Positions 28,021 through 37,790 of a stretch of DNA of 64,000 bases are shown piece by piece. Origin of the DNA: a virus (taxonomy: Duplodnaviria > Caudoviricetes). A program made the translations under genes and the position numbers. The notes below the pieces were generated by a model. It worked only from the letters and a program-made list of their open reading frames with translations. It was not told where the DNA came from and ran no database searches. How positions within the stretch are numbered: the first letter of the stretch is position 1; the number at the start of each line of letters is the position of its first letter. The stretch lies in IMG/VR virus record IMGVR_UViG_3300044719_000253, positions 128,001-192,000 of that record. One strand, 5' to 3'.

Positions 28021-28416
28021 AACCGTGTTGCGTCGGACGGCCATGGCAAAATGTCACAGCCGATGAGAAGATCACGGTCTCCTCTAGGTACAGTTACCCA
28101 TACCTACGAATACGTTACCCGATGGGGACCAGGAGACCCCGGGTTCTACTGGAGTGTTTCGAGTAACGTAATCCCGAAATGAGGTGGTTATGACTGGGAG
28201 GGATCATGGCTCACTTCCCATTCGGGATTTCTCACGCATGTCACGACAGCGACTCACAGGGCAGCGTGATGCCCCCAACCAAGCTCCCAGGCGACACAGC
28301 CACTGGCGACCTGTTTCACTCAGTTGATTTCCTTAGACGCGGTTACATGGCGACTCGACAAGGTGTGCCTGGTAAGCTGTTTGTCAAGTGGGCATGGGTA
28401 ACCGCACCGTGTGGCG
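28021..28416 (-). ncRNA. putative pseudoknotted structured RNA (about 400 nt)
   Basis: Nearly fully paired: 28398-28405/28339-28346, 28381-28388/28354-28361, 28221-28228/28171-28178. Crossing helices 28159-28170/28111-28122 and 28131-28138/28076-28083. Loop 28264-28269 is complementary to 28232-28237. Confidence 0.65.
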
Positions 28417-28917
28417 TTACGCCGTGGCAGTGGCGGGCGCGAACAGGTCGTAGGCGGCTTGCTTCTGGCGCTTGAACACTTTGTTCAGTTCGCCCGAACC
28501 GGAGTCCGAACCACCCATGACTGCCTTGCCGGACATGGCGCCGTACACGGTCTTCTTCGGGGCGACTTCGCCTTTCTGCGCGATGCCGGCGTTGCGCTCG
28601 ACTTCGCGATCCCAGGTGAACTCGGTGTAGGAGCCGCCGACCATCGGGAAGCGGGCCGTGGTCGAGGTGATGGCACGGTCTTCGACAGCGGCGCTGCGCG
28701 ACAGGTTGCCCCAGGCATCGGCGCTGGCGGCGATGAAGGCCTTGTCGTGGGCGCGCACGCGTTGCACGGTTTCCAGCGGCAGGTCGACCGGCAGGGTCTT
28801 CTCGTAGATGTTGTCGAGCGCTTCGCCGACGCCGCCTTTGCCGACTTTGGCCAGTTGTTCGATCTTGTCGGTCAGCTCCACGTGGGATGCGGCCGGCTTC
28901 AGTTTATCGTCAGACAT
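28417..28917 (-). CDS. small, strongly codon-biased hypothetical protein
   Basis: 166 aa, SD AAAGGAA, C/G-ending codons comparable to the sheath and phuZ genes. Confidence 0.85.
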   Translation of the reverse strand: MSDDKLKPAASHVELTDKIEQLAKVGKGGVGEALDNIYEKTLPVDLPLETVQRVRAHDKAFIAASADAWGNLSRSAAVEDRAITSTTARFPMVGGSYTEFTWDREVERNAGIAQKGEVAPKKTVYGAMSGKAVMGGSDSGSGELNKVFKRQKQAAYDLFAPATATA

Positions 28918-28986
28918 GTTGATTTCCTTTTTGAAGTTTTTGAGGTGATGAAACAGAGGTGCTACAGAGGTGCTGTGGGAACAGCG

Positions 28987-29562
28987 TTAGGCGAACCGTT
29001 TCTTTGGTTGAGACGGTTTGCCGAAAGACTGGCGGGTGCTGCTGTTCGGACCACCGGCACTGAAGGTGCGCGGGGCGCTGTGCTGCGGACGGCCTTGATC
29101 GGAACGGAGGTGATCCGCAGTGCGAGTACGTTCATGACCGGGGCCGGCATGTGCGCGCAGGTTCGAGTCCGACCAGCGCGGTGGATTGAACGGTGTGTTG
29201 GATGGAGTCGGTGCCGATGGCTGTGCTTCCGCGATGCGGGCGCTCTTGAGGGCGACCGAGGTCAGCAGGCGCGCTTTGAACTTCGGTTGATTTTTCTCGA
29301 CGGCTTTACGGATGTGATCCGCACCGAGGATAACCAGCAGTTTGCCGGCATGCTTGTAGACGACGGGCGACATGTCCTTGACGCTCAGGTCGAACGGTTT
29401 GGCGAACTCAGCGTCGATCTCGATGTCAGCGACGTCCACATCGATGAGGGGACAACTGCCAGCGCGGGAGACGACCAGCGCGAGGTTGTGTTTGTGACCA
29501 TTGACTTCGATCACCGCATCTTTCAGTTCCGCGGCGAGAGTAACTGGATTACCCAATTGCAA
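28987..29562 (-). CDS. hypothetical protein with basic, disordered C-terminus
   Basis: TTG start (29562, or 29556 by SD spacing); P/S/R-rich tail. Confidence 0.75.
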   Translation of the reverse strand: MQLGNPVTLAAELKDAVIEVNGHKHNLALVVSRAGSCPLIDVDVADIEIDAEFAKPFDLSVKDMSPVVYKHAGKLLVILGADHIRKAVEKNQPKFKARLLTSVALKSARIAEAQPSAPTPSNTPFNPPRWSDSNLRAHAGPGHERTRTADHLRSDQGRPQHSAPRTFSAGGPNSSTRQSFGKPSQPKKRFA

Positions 29563-29667
29563 TTCCTTTACAGTTAAGGGGGTCTGCTGCTCTATAGCAG
29601 GAGGGAAGCGACTATTTTCTTACCGATCTTTTGCAACCTGTTAACACTACGGTTACTACTCAACTTA

Positions 29668-29692
29668 GTGATATAGTCGTATTTTGATTTAG
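29668..29692 (-). promoter_or_regulatory. putative early promoter variant CTAA-N13-TATATCAC
   Basis: Same bipartite spacing; upstream of the 191-aa, 166-aa and structured-RNA unit. Confidence 0.6.
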
Positions 29693-29700
29693 CGCCATAT

Positions 29701-29728
29701 CCTCCCTACCCCTTGCAGGGTAGGGAGG
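29701..29728. terminator. hairpin of the TACCC/GGGTA family
   Basis: 11-bp stem CCTCCCTACCC/GGGTAGGGAGG after the protease stop. Confidence 0.65.
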
Positions 29729-29734
29729 GATGGA

Positions 29735-30541
29735 TTACCAGCGCAGCGAAGGACGACGCAGTGAATCTTGGTTCGGCAACGGGTAGCCGATGGCGTTGAA
29801 CAAGGCTTCCGCCGAGATCACCATCGATTCGTTCGAGATACCGGCCGGGCGATGCTGGAGGATCGCGCTTTCCAGAAGACTGCGCGACATGTCCATCTCG
29901 TAGTTGCTTTCCAAGGCTGGCGAGAAGTACTTCTCCGCGACCGCTATGCCGGGTTCATTTACGCAGTCAAACGTGATGACTTCTTTCAGGGTGCGTTCTT
30001 CGATACCGAACTTCACGCGGTTATCGGTGAACGACCGGATCGAGAAGCACACATTCTCGTGCGGGTTCTGGAGTTGCTTTTCCAGCACATGCCCGAGTTC
30101 GCCACTGGGCTTGACCAGCGACATGATCGAGATCACCGACTTGCCCTCTTTGTCTTTGACCGAATCGTAATCCAGCCAAATCTTCATGTGTGTGCAGCAA
30201 GTTCGCTCTTCATAGATCGACAGGTTACGGCGCACGAACTCTTCATCGCGCAGCCGTTGTTCGGCCGCACTCAGCGCGCGGGGCGGCGGTTTCGGGTGGC
30301 CGAGTTCCCCACGCAGCGCGCCGCGTTGGATACGCCGTTGGAACGAGCCAGATTGGTTGGTGAGCAAATCCACCACTTCTTGCTTGGCCGTGTAGAAACT
30401 ACCGGCCGAGTTAAAGACGTTCAAGGCACCGACCACCATCGGGTAGTACCCATTCTCGTCTTGTTTCAGTTGACCGACCTTGTTGACTCCAGTAAGGGAG
30501 GTGCACGCAAAGACAACGGAATTCAGATTCATGTTTCCCAT
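29735..30541 (-). CDS. prohead (head maturation) serine protease (phiKZ gp175 / SPN3US gp245-like)
   Basis: GELGHP and catalytic FSIRS motifs, TFDCVNEPG; C-terminal ALES and SNES candidate autocleavage sites. Confidence 0.9.
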   Translation of the reverse strand: MGNMNLNSVVFACTSLTGVNKVGQLKQDENGYYPMVVGALNVFNSAGSFYTAKQEVVDLLTNQSGSFQRRIQRGALRGELGHPKPPPRALSAAEQRLRDEEFVRRNLSIYEERTCCTHMKIWLDYDSVKDKEGKSVISIMSLVKPSGELGHVLEKQLQNPHENVCFSIRSFTDNRVKFGIEERTLKEVITFDCVNEPGIAVAEKYFSPALESNYEMDMSRSLLESAILQHRPAGISNESMVISAEALFNAIGYPLPNQDSLRRPSLRW

Positions 30542-30570
30542 ATTCAGCTTTCTCTAAAAGGGAAATGTTA

Positions 30571-31287
30571 TCAAGTTCGCAAAAGTGCCTCAAGTCGTTC
30601 GACGCGCTCCGTAGGACTGACGAGGGCTGAGATCATGCCGTCCTTGGCATAACTACCGGCCAGCTTATTCAGCGTGTTGGTAGCCGCGTATGCCACCGAG
30701 CGCAGGGGGATGAACACCGGCTTCTTGTCTGGATCGTTGGCGGCGACTTGACGGTAGTACTTGGTACGGTCGTCAGCATCACGGGCGATGATGGACACCA
30801 TCAGTTCCGTGACTTCTTGCTGTTGACCGATATTCGCTCCGGCGTGTTCCTTGGCGGTATCGAACAGCATGCCCAAGTGTTCATACGACAGATACCACGG
30901 CACCCGACCTTTGGAAATGATCTCATCGTAGATGTTGTACACCAACGTGTCGATCTTCACCAAATCCAATTGCGGACACACGGTCGCTCCGGCATCGAAG
31001 GAAAACTCGTAGTATTCGTCGTCATCGTAGAGGACTTTGCTGGTCGAACTCGGCGTGATGTTCATCATCGCATTCGCGAGTGACACCCCGTAATACTGAT
31101 CTTCAACGATGATGGCAAAGATCCCCACGATGCGGGTATTGATCCCGACGTAAGCCAAGCCGCGTTCAGCGAAACGAGCCGGTACCACAATCTTCACGGG
31201 CTTTTTTGCCACGAGGCGATTATCGCTCATTTCCACCAAATACGACTTGGCCCGGTCCGGGTCATGGATGTAGTGACGATGATCCAT
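30571..31287 (-). CDS. probable virion RNAP beta-prime C-terminal subunit (phiKZ gp176 / SPN3US gp244-like)
   Basis: 238 aa, adjacent to the protease as in SPN3US; C-terminal ATNTLNKLAGSY...ALVSP.E..ERLE resembles the beta-prime C-terminus. Confidence 0.7.
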   Translation of the reverse strand: MDHRHYIHDPDRAKSYLVEMSDNRLVAKKPVKIVVPARFAERGLAYVGINTRIVGIFAIIVEDQYYGVSLANAMMNITPSSTSKVLYDDDEYYEFSFDAGATVCPQLDLVKIDTLVYNIYDEIISKGRVPWYLSYEHLGMLFDTAKEHAGANIGQQQEVTELMVSIIARDADDRTKYYRQVAANDPDKKPVFIPLRSVAYAATNTLNKLAGSYAKDGMISALVSPTERVERLEALLRT

Positions 31288-31297
31288 GACCTACCCG

Positions 31298-32725
31298 TTA
31301 CACGCTTTCGACCACCAGCAGGGCAGCCACCCAGCTGGCGATGTATTCCAGCACGGCGACGGCGCCGGCTTCACGCGGCGACAGCTTCGGATTGCGCTTG
31401 GCTTCTTCATCCATGCGGGTCAGGATGAACTCGGCCGGCGACTGCGGGAACGAGCCACGGCACACCAGCTTCAGGCACATCTGGTGCAAGTCGTCCGCAT
31501 CTTGCGCATTCATACCACGCAGCACTTCGCGGAACGCGTCCATTTCCTGCTTGATGGCATTGGCGCTCAGTACTTCACCGTCGGTATTGGGTTTACTGAT
31601 GATGCTTTCGTACGCCAGCACCAGTTGCTCACGCAGGAAGTTCATCCGTGCCACGCTGTCACGCGCCGTGATCAGCGACGAATAGCGGTTCCAGGCAGCG
31701 GCGTATTTGTCCGCTTTGTCGGTGATCGCATCCACCGTGAACGCCAGTTCGTCCGACACCGCCATGCCGTACAGGATGTCGGTGTTGCCACCCTGTTTGA
31801 GCCATTCACGGTACACCGGCGGGAACACGCGGATCTCGTTGCCGATCACACTGCGCACCATGTTGCCATTCTTGATGGCGGCGTCGTTGTTTTCCATTTG
31901 GATTGACAGCAGATGTGCCGCTTGGGCCATCAGCCCCATCAACGAACCGCGGTACTCCTTCAGGCCGAGCGAGACGCCTTCCAACACCACGTCGTTTTCC
32001 AGCAGGTGATTGGCGATGCAATACACCAGCACCATGTTGACCACGGATTTGTCGATCCGGCCGAAGAAACCGCGCGTATCCTTGCCATTTTTGATGGTGA
32101 AGAAGTTGCGGTAGATCGATTGCAGCGTGGCTTCCGGCAGCGCTGCGGCCCACGGCAGCAGATCGGCATCGATCGATGCGATGCCGGTTTCAACATACTT
32201 CAGGATCTCGTCGGTGCCGAGGTCGGGACCATCGATCGACAGGGCCGGTTCAGCATTGTGGTAGTTGGCGTACTTGTCGACCATGCGGCGCAGGTTCGGA
32301 CCATAGATCGCCGGGCAATCGGCTTCTTCGGTGATCTGTAGTTTCGACAGTTCCGACACCGGGGCATTGCCCAGACGCAGGGTGACCAGTTCCAGCAGTT
32401 CGCTCACCCGCGGCGCCACGATGTTGCGCGTAACGTACAGCGCTTTCTGCACCGCACTGGCGCTCAGGTTGACGAAGTCCGCCATCGCGTAGTTGTGGCG
32501 CGAGCTGTCGAAGATGCCTTCTTTGGCGTTCGCCGCTTGCTCGATGCGGAAGATATCCAGCGTGACTTTGCCGTCTTCGCCTTTGAACGCCATGTCGGAC
32601 GTGATGTTCGACGATTCGACCAGGTGGTGCAGCGGCGAGCCACCCAGCGGTTTGACCACGACCCCGGCCGCATCGAATTGCTCGGCCAGTGCGATGGACT
32701 TGAAAATAGCTTGTGTGCTCAGCAT
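31298..32725 (-). CDS. virion head protein (phiKZ gp177-like)
   Basis: 475 aa between the vRNAP beta-N and gp176-like genes; codon-biased. Confidence 0.65.
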   Translation of the reverse strand: MLSTQAIFKSIALAEQFDAAGVVVKPLGGSPLHHLVESSNITSDMAFKGEDGKVTLDIFRIEQAANAKEGIFDSSRHNYAMADFVNLSASAVQKALYVTRNIVAPRVSELLELVTLRLGNAPVSELSKLQITEEADCPAIYGPNLRRMVDKYANYHNAEPALSIDGPDLGTDEILKYVETGIASIDADLLPWAAALPEATLQSIYRNFFTIKNGKDTRGFFGRIDKSVVNMVLVYCIANHLLENDVVLEGVSLGLKEYRGSLMGLMAQAAHLLSIQMENNDAAIKNGNMVRSVIGNEIRVFPPVYREWLKQGGNTDILYGMAVSDELAFTVDAITDKADKYAAAWNRYSSLITARDSVARMNFLREQLVLAYESIISKPNTDGEVLSANAIKQEMDAFREVLRGMNAQDADDLHQMCLKLVCRGSFPQSPAEFILTRMDEEAKRNPKLSPREAGAVAVLEYIASWVAALLVVESV

Positions 32726-32923
32726 TTATACGCTCCCGGTATGGATCGCCAGTTTCGATTGAATGTGGGCCAAGGCGATATCGCGGACCACATCGGTCGT
32801 CAGTTCATTGCCATCGACCATGTCAGCCACGTCGTTGCCGAGCACTTCTTTGGCAATCCCGGCCGTCAGCTCCGCCGCGTTGGCGAGCGTCACCACCGTT
32901 TGCAGTGATGCAATGTTTTTCAT
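32726..32923 (-). CDS. small hypothetical protein
   Basis: 65 aa, SD AAAGGA, abuts the next start codon. Confidence 0.65.
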   Translation of the reverse strand: MKNIASLQTVVTLANAAELTAGIAKEVLGNDVADMVDGNELTTDVVRDIALAHIQSKLAIHTGSV

Positions 32924-32979
32924 GTTAGTCCTTTGATTCTAAAAAGAGAGCCCCTAGGAGCCCGCAGGCCCCTAGGGAA

Positions 32980-34098
32980 TTACGACTCGTAAGCGGCTAA
33001 CGCCTCTTGACCGACCAGATCCGACAAGACACTGTACATGCCGATGATGTATGGGGAATGCACGATACGGTTATCGATACTGGTGGAACCGAAGACTGCA
33101 TCAATCAGTTCTCCCTTCTCAGTTTTGTACTCCGCCGTCGACTTCTTACCCACCACCGTTTTCATCTGGTTGGCAAACACGCCTTTGTCACCCTCACCCA
33201 TGTGCACGTCCGAGGTGATATATACCCGAATACACATGTGTTCGAATTGCAGCGGTTCACCTTCCACTCGGAATGCTTCGTCCACGCTACCGGTCAGCAC
33301 GCGACGGTTGGTCGAACTCAACCGGGCCGCCAAGTCCTTATCGCTGGCGTCGGCGATTTTCCGCAGCGAGTCCGACATGTCTTCTTTCTCGCCATGGTAA
33401 TACACCTCGATCCGCTCAACCACCCCTTTCACTTTCGCTTGCGGCGCATAGTTACTCAGCAGTTTCAGAGTATTCAGCGATTCGTCGTTAAACAAATTGG
33501 CTTGGCTGGTGACAGCGTCCTCGATTATGCATAAAATATCCTCGCTACCAATGGCTTGGCCGGGCTTGACCTTCATCGTGACCGACTGATCAAACGTCAC
33601 CACGATGTCGGAAAACTTGGCCACTTTTGTCACCAGTTTCTCAGCCAGACGCGCCGAGATGGCCGAGGAGTCTTCGAGGGTCTCAGGCACTTCCATCAGC
33701 ACCGTCTTCACCAGCAGACCGGCTTTCCACACCACGTTGTCAGGATTGAGCAGATCTGGCTCGAAGAACCCGGTGTTGTACGTCAGGATTTGACCTTGTT
33801 TAAAGTCTTGGCCTGGCTTGACATTGGCCACCACCGAGTGCGGGATAGTCAGGCCAGCGGCATTACCGAACCGTCGACCGATCTCATACCCTTGCTTCTT
33901 ACCGTCAGTGTATTGCACCACGATCCCCGTCGGGGCCACCGACACCACCTTGCCATCTTGCCGTGCCGAGACCGCGAACATATCACCGGTACGGTGCGCG
34001 ATGACTTGTTCGTACCCCGTACGTACCGGTAGCTGGTGGTAACCGTTACACGCCACCGTGTGTGAATGCTGAATGCCAACAAAATTTGCGCGCTTGGG
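32980..34098 (-). CDS. rpoB: virion RNAP beta N-terminal subunit (gp178-like), exon 2
   Basis: Frame open from 34098: PKRANFVGIQHSHTVACNGY..., then EDSSAIS and GDKGVFANQMK (beta D/GDK motifs). Confidence 0.88.
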   Translation of the reverse strand, partial: PKRANFVGIQHSHTVACNGYHQLPVRTGYEQVIAHRTGDMFAVSARQDGKVVSVAPTGIVVQYTDGKKQGYEIGRRFGNAAGLTIPHSVVANVKPGQDFKQGQILTYNTGFFEPDLLNPDNVVWKAGLLVKTVLMEVPETLEDSSAISARLAEKLVTKVAKFSDIVVTFDQSVTMKVKPGQAIGSEDILCIIEDAVTSQANLFNDESLNTLKLLSNYAPQAKVKGVVERIEVYYHGEKEDMSDSLRKIADASDKDLAARLSSTNRRVLTGSVDEAFRVEGEPLQFEHMCIRVYITSDVHMGEGDKGVFANQMKTVVGKKSTAEYKTEKGELIDAVFGSTSIDNRIVHSPYIIGMYSVLSDLVGQEALAAYES

Positions 34099-34464
34099 CC
34101 TTTGGTCTTCAGGTAGGTCGTTAAGCTACCCCGCACCATTACGTGCCTAGCTCCAGAGTTTTCCTCTGGACGTTGAGACTATATCTTCACCCTCTCCCAT
34201 GGAGGTGGGGTGCTTCCCATTTCGAGGCCACTTGGTCCCCTATGGACATTTGTCCTAGTCGTTGAAGTTTATCCGTGGCCGCGTTGCGGCTTTAGGATCT
34301 TACCTGCTAAAGAGAGTCTTCGACTCTACGGTTCCGCAATCCGCTCCGTTTTCAAACCATCACGAATGATCTTTCGATCTGCGTTGTGGTGGAGCAGCTC
34401 TCAGTCGGTTCCAGCAGTTAGAGAAGATTCAGTTAAGCATTCCGGCTTAACTGGACCCCAGTTG
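34099..34464 (-). ncRNA. group I self-splicing intron (366 nt, no homing endonuclease)
   Basis: 5' exon ends in U (GAT GAT) and the intron ends in G. P7 elements TTCAACGACTA (34256-34266) and AAGATATAGTC (34177-34187). IGS TGGGGTCC pairs with both exons (P1/P10). Splicing restores DRDD|PKR. Confidence 0.9.
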
Positions 34465-37400
34465 ATCATCCCGGTCAGAACCGGGAGCGAGCAATACAGC
34501 AGTTGACAGCAGCGGTGCGCTACCCATCGTTTCTTTGTTATAGCGGCGTGTCACCCCGCGCAGCGACGTGAACTGCGGGTCGGCGCTGGTGTAGGTGTTA
34601 ATCGCCACATCCGAACTGTCGACGGTGTCGGTCGAAATCAAACCCATGTCGTTCTTGTGGTACGTCCGGGTTTCTTTCGTCATGGTGCGGCTATTGCGAC
34701 CACCGGTGCCGTTATACGTCACCGCTTCCTGTTCCTTCAGATTCTGGATCGGGTTGATCTCATTGGTCTGGGCTTTGGAAGCATCGGTCTGAATCGCCGT
34801 AAACACCGCAAACGGGTCCATGTTCAGTGGTGAACGCGATTTACCGGCACTGGCGTTGTGACGACGAATCGCCGTGACCATTTCCGAGTACACTGCTCCG
34901 GCCATCCGCTCATAACCCCGCAAGCGCATGTAGGCACCATCGAATTCATCCGGATGGTCATCGCGCACCAGCATGGTGCCGGCTCGGATCAACAATGCGC
35001 GCATGTCGGTGGGTTCATTCATCTCCACCAGAATATCGTGCGTGATCGGGTCGATGAACATTTGGTAGAACAAGTCCATCTCACGGATGTAACGTACCCC
35101 CAATCCATCGGCTTCCAGCACGTTCAGGTACACCTCTTTGTTATTAAACAGGTGTACATTGTAACGGCGGATGTGACGGTGGTATTCGTTAAAGCCACCC
35201 AAGAACAGTCCGGTGAGGTGATCGTTCTTATCAAAGATGATGGTCTCATCGTTGAACATCACCGGCTCTTCATTTAGACCCAGATCGAGACGGGTCCCTG
35301 CTGGGACACGGCGTACCTTGGACTTGAGCAGCGCCAGCATCGGTTCCAACCCCATCTCGTAGGCCAGAATCACCCCGACCGGAATCGATGCACCGCCGAG
35401 TTTCATCACCGCCACATCGACTGGCGCTTTCCGCCGATCCAACCCCACCAGTTCCTCAAACGACGGGAATTGGTACACGGCTGGTTCCCCCGTACGGCTG
35501 GGGCCGACGATCGCCACGGTCGAGGATTTACCGATCAACACATAGTGCGTGCCCATGGTCGACTTACCAGCAATGATGGCGCCGTTCTGTTCGTACTTGG
35601 CCAGCGCCTCTTTGCCAAACAGCTCTTCCCGTTTGGTGTGATCGAACGACATGTTGAATGTCAGTTGACCGAGATCACGCGGATAAGCTTGTGGTGTCAG
35701 GGTAAAGCTGTTGAAGGCCGACGCGATCACCGAATACACCCGCGGCACGCTGACTTCGCTGTCCGACATATCGCCGGTGTGACCGTTGGTGATGGTTGGA
35801 TCGGCATCGTCCAGCATCTTGGCCATCAGCCCGTTGGTCAACCACATGGCGTAGTTGTTGACTTTCTTTTCACTGCGACGGATGAAGGCTTTGCCGTAAT
35901 AGCTCGTGAGTGCCACGGTATCCGGAGCGGTTTTACGGATCGGCAGATCGATCCGCTGTTTGCGCAGTGAGTACGACACGCCGTTGGCCAGGTACGTGCC
36001 ATCTTCGCCCACTACCGGCAGTTTGAAGCGCACAGTCGAAGCCGTACCATCCGTCGGCAACAGACGCACCGTGTAGATGTTGTACGCCCCCATCAGGTCT
36101 TCCACTGGCTCCACGTGATACTCAGTAACGCCATATCCGGCTTGGGCGAAACACATCACCATCGAGGCCACATCGCGTTGCATCACTTCGCTGGTATAAC
36201 GCCGATCGAAATCGAGCAGTGAGGACTTCAGCATCGACTTGTCCGGCACCGTAGGGATATCCGGAATCGCCGTGGATTCATTGACTTTGAGCGTCTCCGG
36301 AGGAATCGTGATGTATTCCGCCACCGTCATCTTCGGATCGGGGGAAGGCATGGTCTTGTAAGCACTCGCCACCCGTTCGTAGTTACGATACTGCGCCGCC
36401 GTAATCGCCCCCGACAACATCCGGGCCTTGGCCACGCGCAACAGAGCTTCATCATGCGGTAAGCGCTTCAGGGGCGGGATCTCGGCTTCCACCAGTTGCG
36501 GGGTGTCGATCGCGGCTTGACGCTTTTCCAGCAGACTTTGTTCGGTCGCGGTATCGTCTACCGGCTCTGGCGTCAAAACCTTTTCCATCTCGGCCAATTC
36601 GGCATTGATGGTTTCGTCCAACTTCTCATCCACATGCACCGTATCGGCCGTGTCATCCGGTTTATCGTCCACTGGGCTACCCAGTTCTGCCTTCAGGGTC
36701 GCCGTCGGGACCTTAGCGATACCCGTGGTCGGATCCACCACCGCCGGACCATTGCCGACCTTGGTGACGCTGGCCAATTCTTTCTTGAGGTCTTCCCGAT
36801 CGTCCGCATCGAAAACTTGTTTCTCATGGGCATCGAGCTGATCGACTGGCGCTGCCGAGCGCAGCTGCGTGACCGACATGAAGAAACGCAGAATACGATT
36901 CTGGAAACGCGGGGGGTCGATCAGGTTCGGTTTGACGACTTCGTTCGGGAATAGTTCATCTTGGGTCGGTTTGCGCCAGGCGTCCAACATCCCGAGATTG
37001 ACCGTGGTCCATTGTCCTGATTCCAGGAACACCAGGTTAATCCGCGACAGGTATTGGCGCGGCACTAAACCCAACATGGATTGTTTGCGGTTAGCGCCGA
37101 ACCATTTCCACACTTCGCCCAAGAACAGATGTTCATTGGAGAAGAACATGCGCATCAGACGCTGCACTGGTTTGCGGGGATCCATCGCTTCGTACTGTTG
37201 CAAGATCGAGCGCGGTGGCAAGACTTGCGGCAGATGCATCACCACAAATTGCGGCCGGTCCGTGATTTGGGCCAGACGGGCGATCTCGGTCCATTGGGTG
37301 CGTTCGATGTTGTACCATTCCAGATACTGGTTCATCGGGCCACGCGGGTAACGCACCAGGTGCGGCAGCATGCCGTAGTTATACACCAGCAGGCTGCTGG

Positions 37401-37785
37401 CGTCCGCCAACACTCGATCATCGACCGCATTACGGAAACGGCGATAGTGTTGGTGGTACTGCCGAATCACCGTGCCCGGTTGCACTGCTTGTTTGGTGGG
37501 TGTACCCAGAATCCCCGGAGCCATGTTCAACACGTGATGCACCCAGATGTTGCGGGCCTGGGCTTTTTGCAAGACCTTGTCATCTTTCATGATGGCGGCT
37601 GAAAAGCCTTGCAACACCACATCCGAATCCGACGGACCGTACGCGGTTGGGCTCAAGTGAGCCATGTGCACAATGGCGCGCCGGGGCAGTTGAAACCGTT
37701 CCAGACGCCCGAACTTCGGCGTCATCAGTTGTTCAACGCGGCGCAAGCCATAGGTGCGATAAAAGACATTAAAATCGAGCAGCAT
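34465..37785 (-). CDS. rpoB: virion RNAP beta N-terminal subunit (gp178-like), exon 1
   Basis: YSLRKQRIDLPIRK, GTGGRNSRTM and DSSDVAIN motifs. Spliced product is 1479 aa from ATG at 37785. Confidence 0.9.
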
Positions 37786-37790
37786 AAAGC

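Noticed and set aside
34099-34464. Homing endonuclease inside the intron
   Set aside because: The intron is only 366 nt. The opposite-strand 98-aa ORF (34210-34506) has no HNH, GIY-YIG or LAGLIDADG motif.
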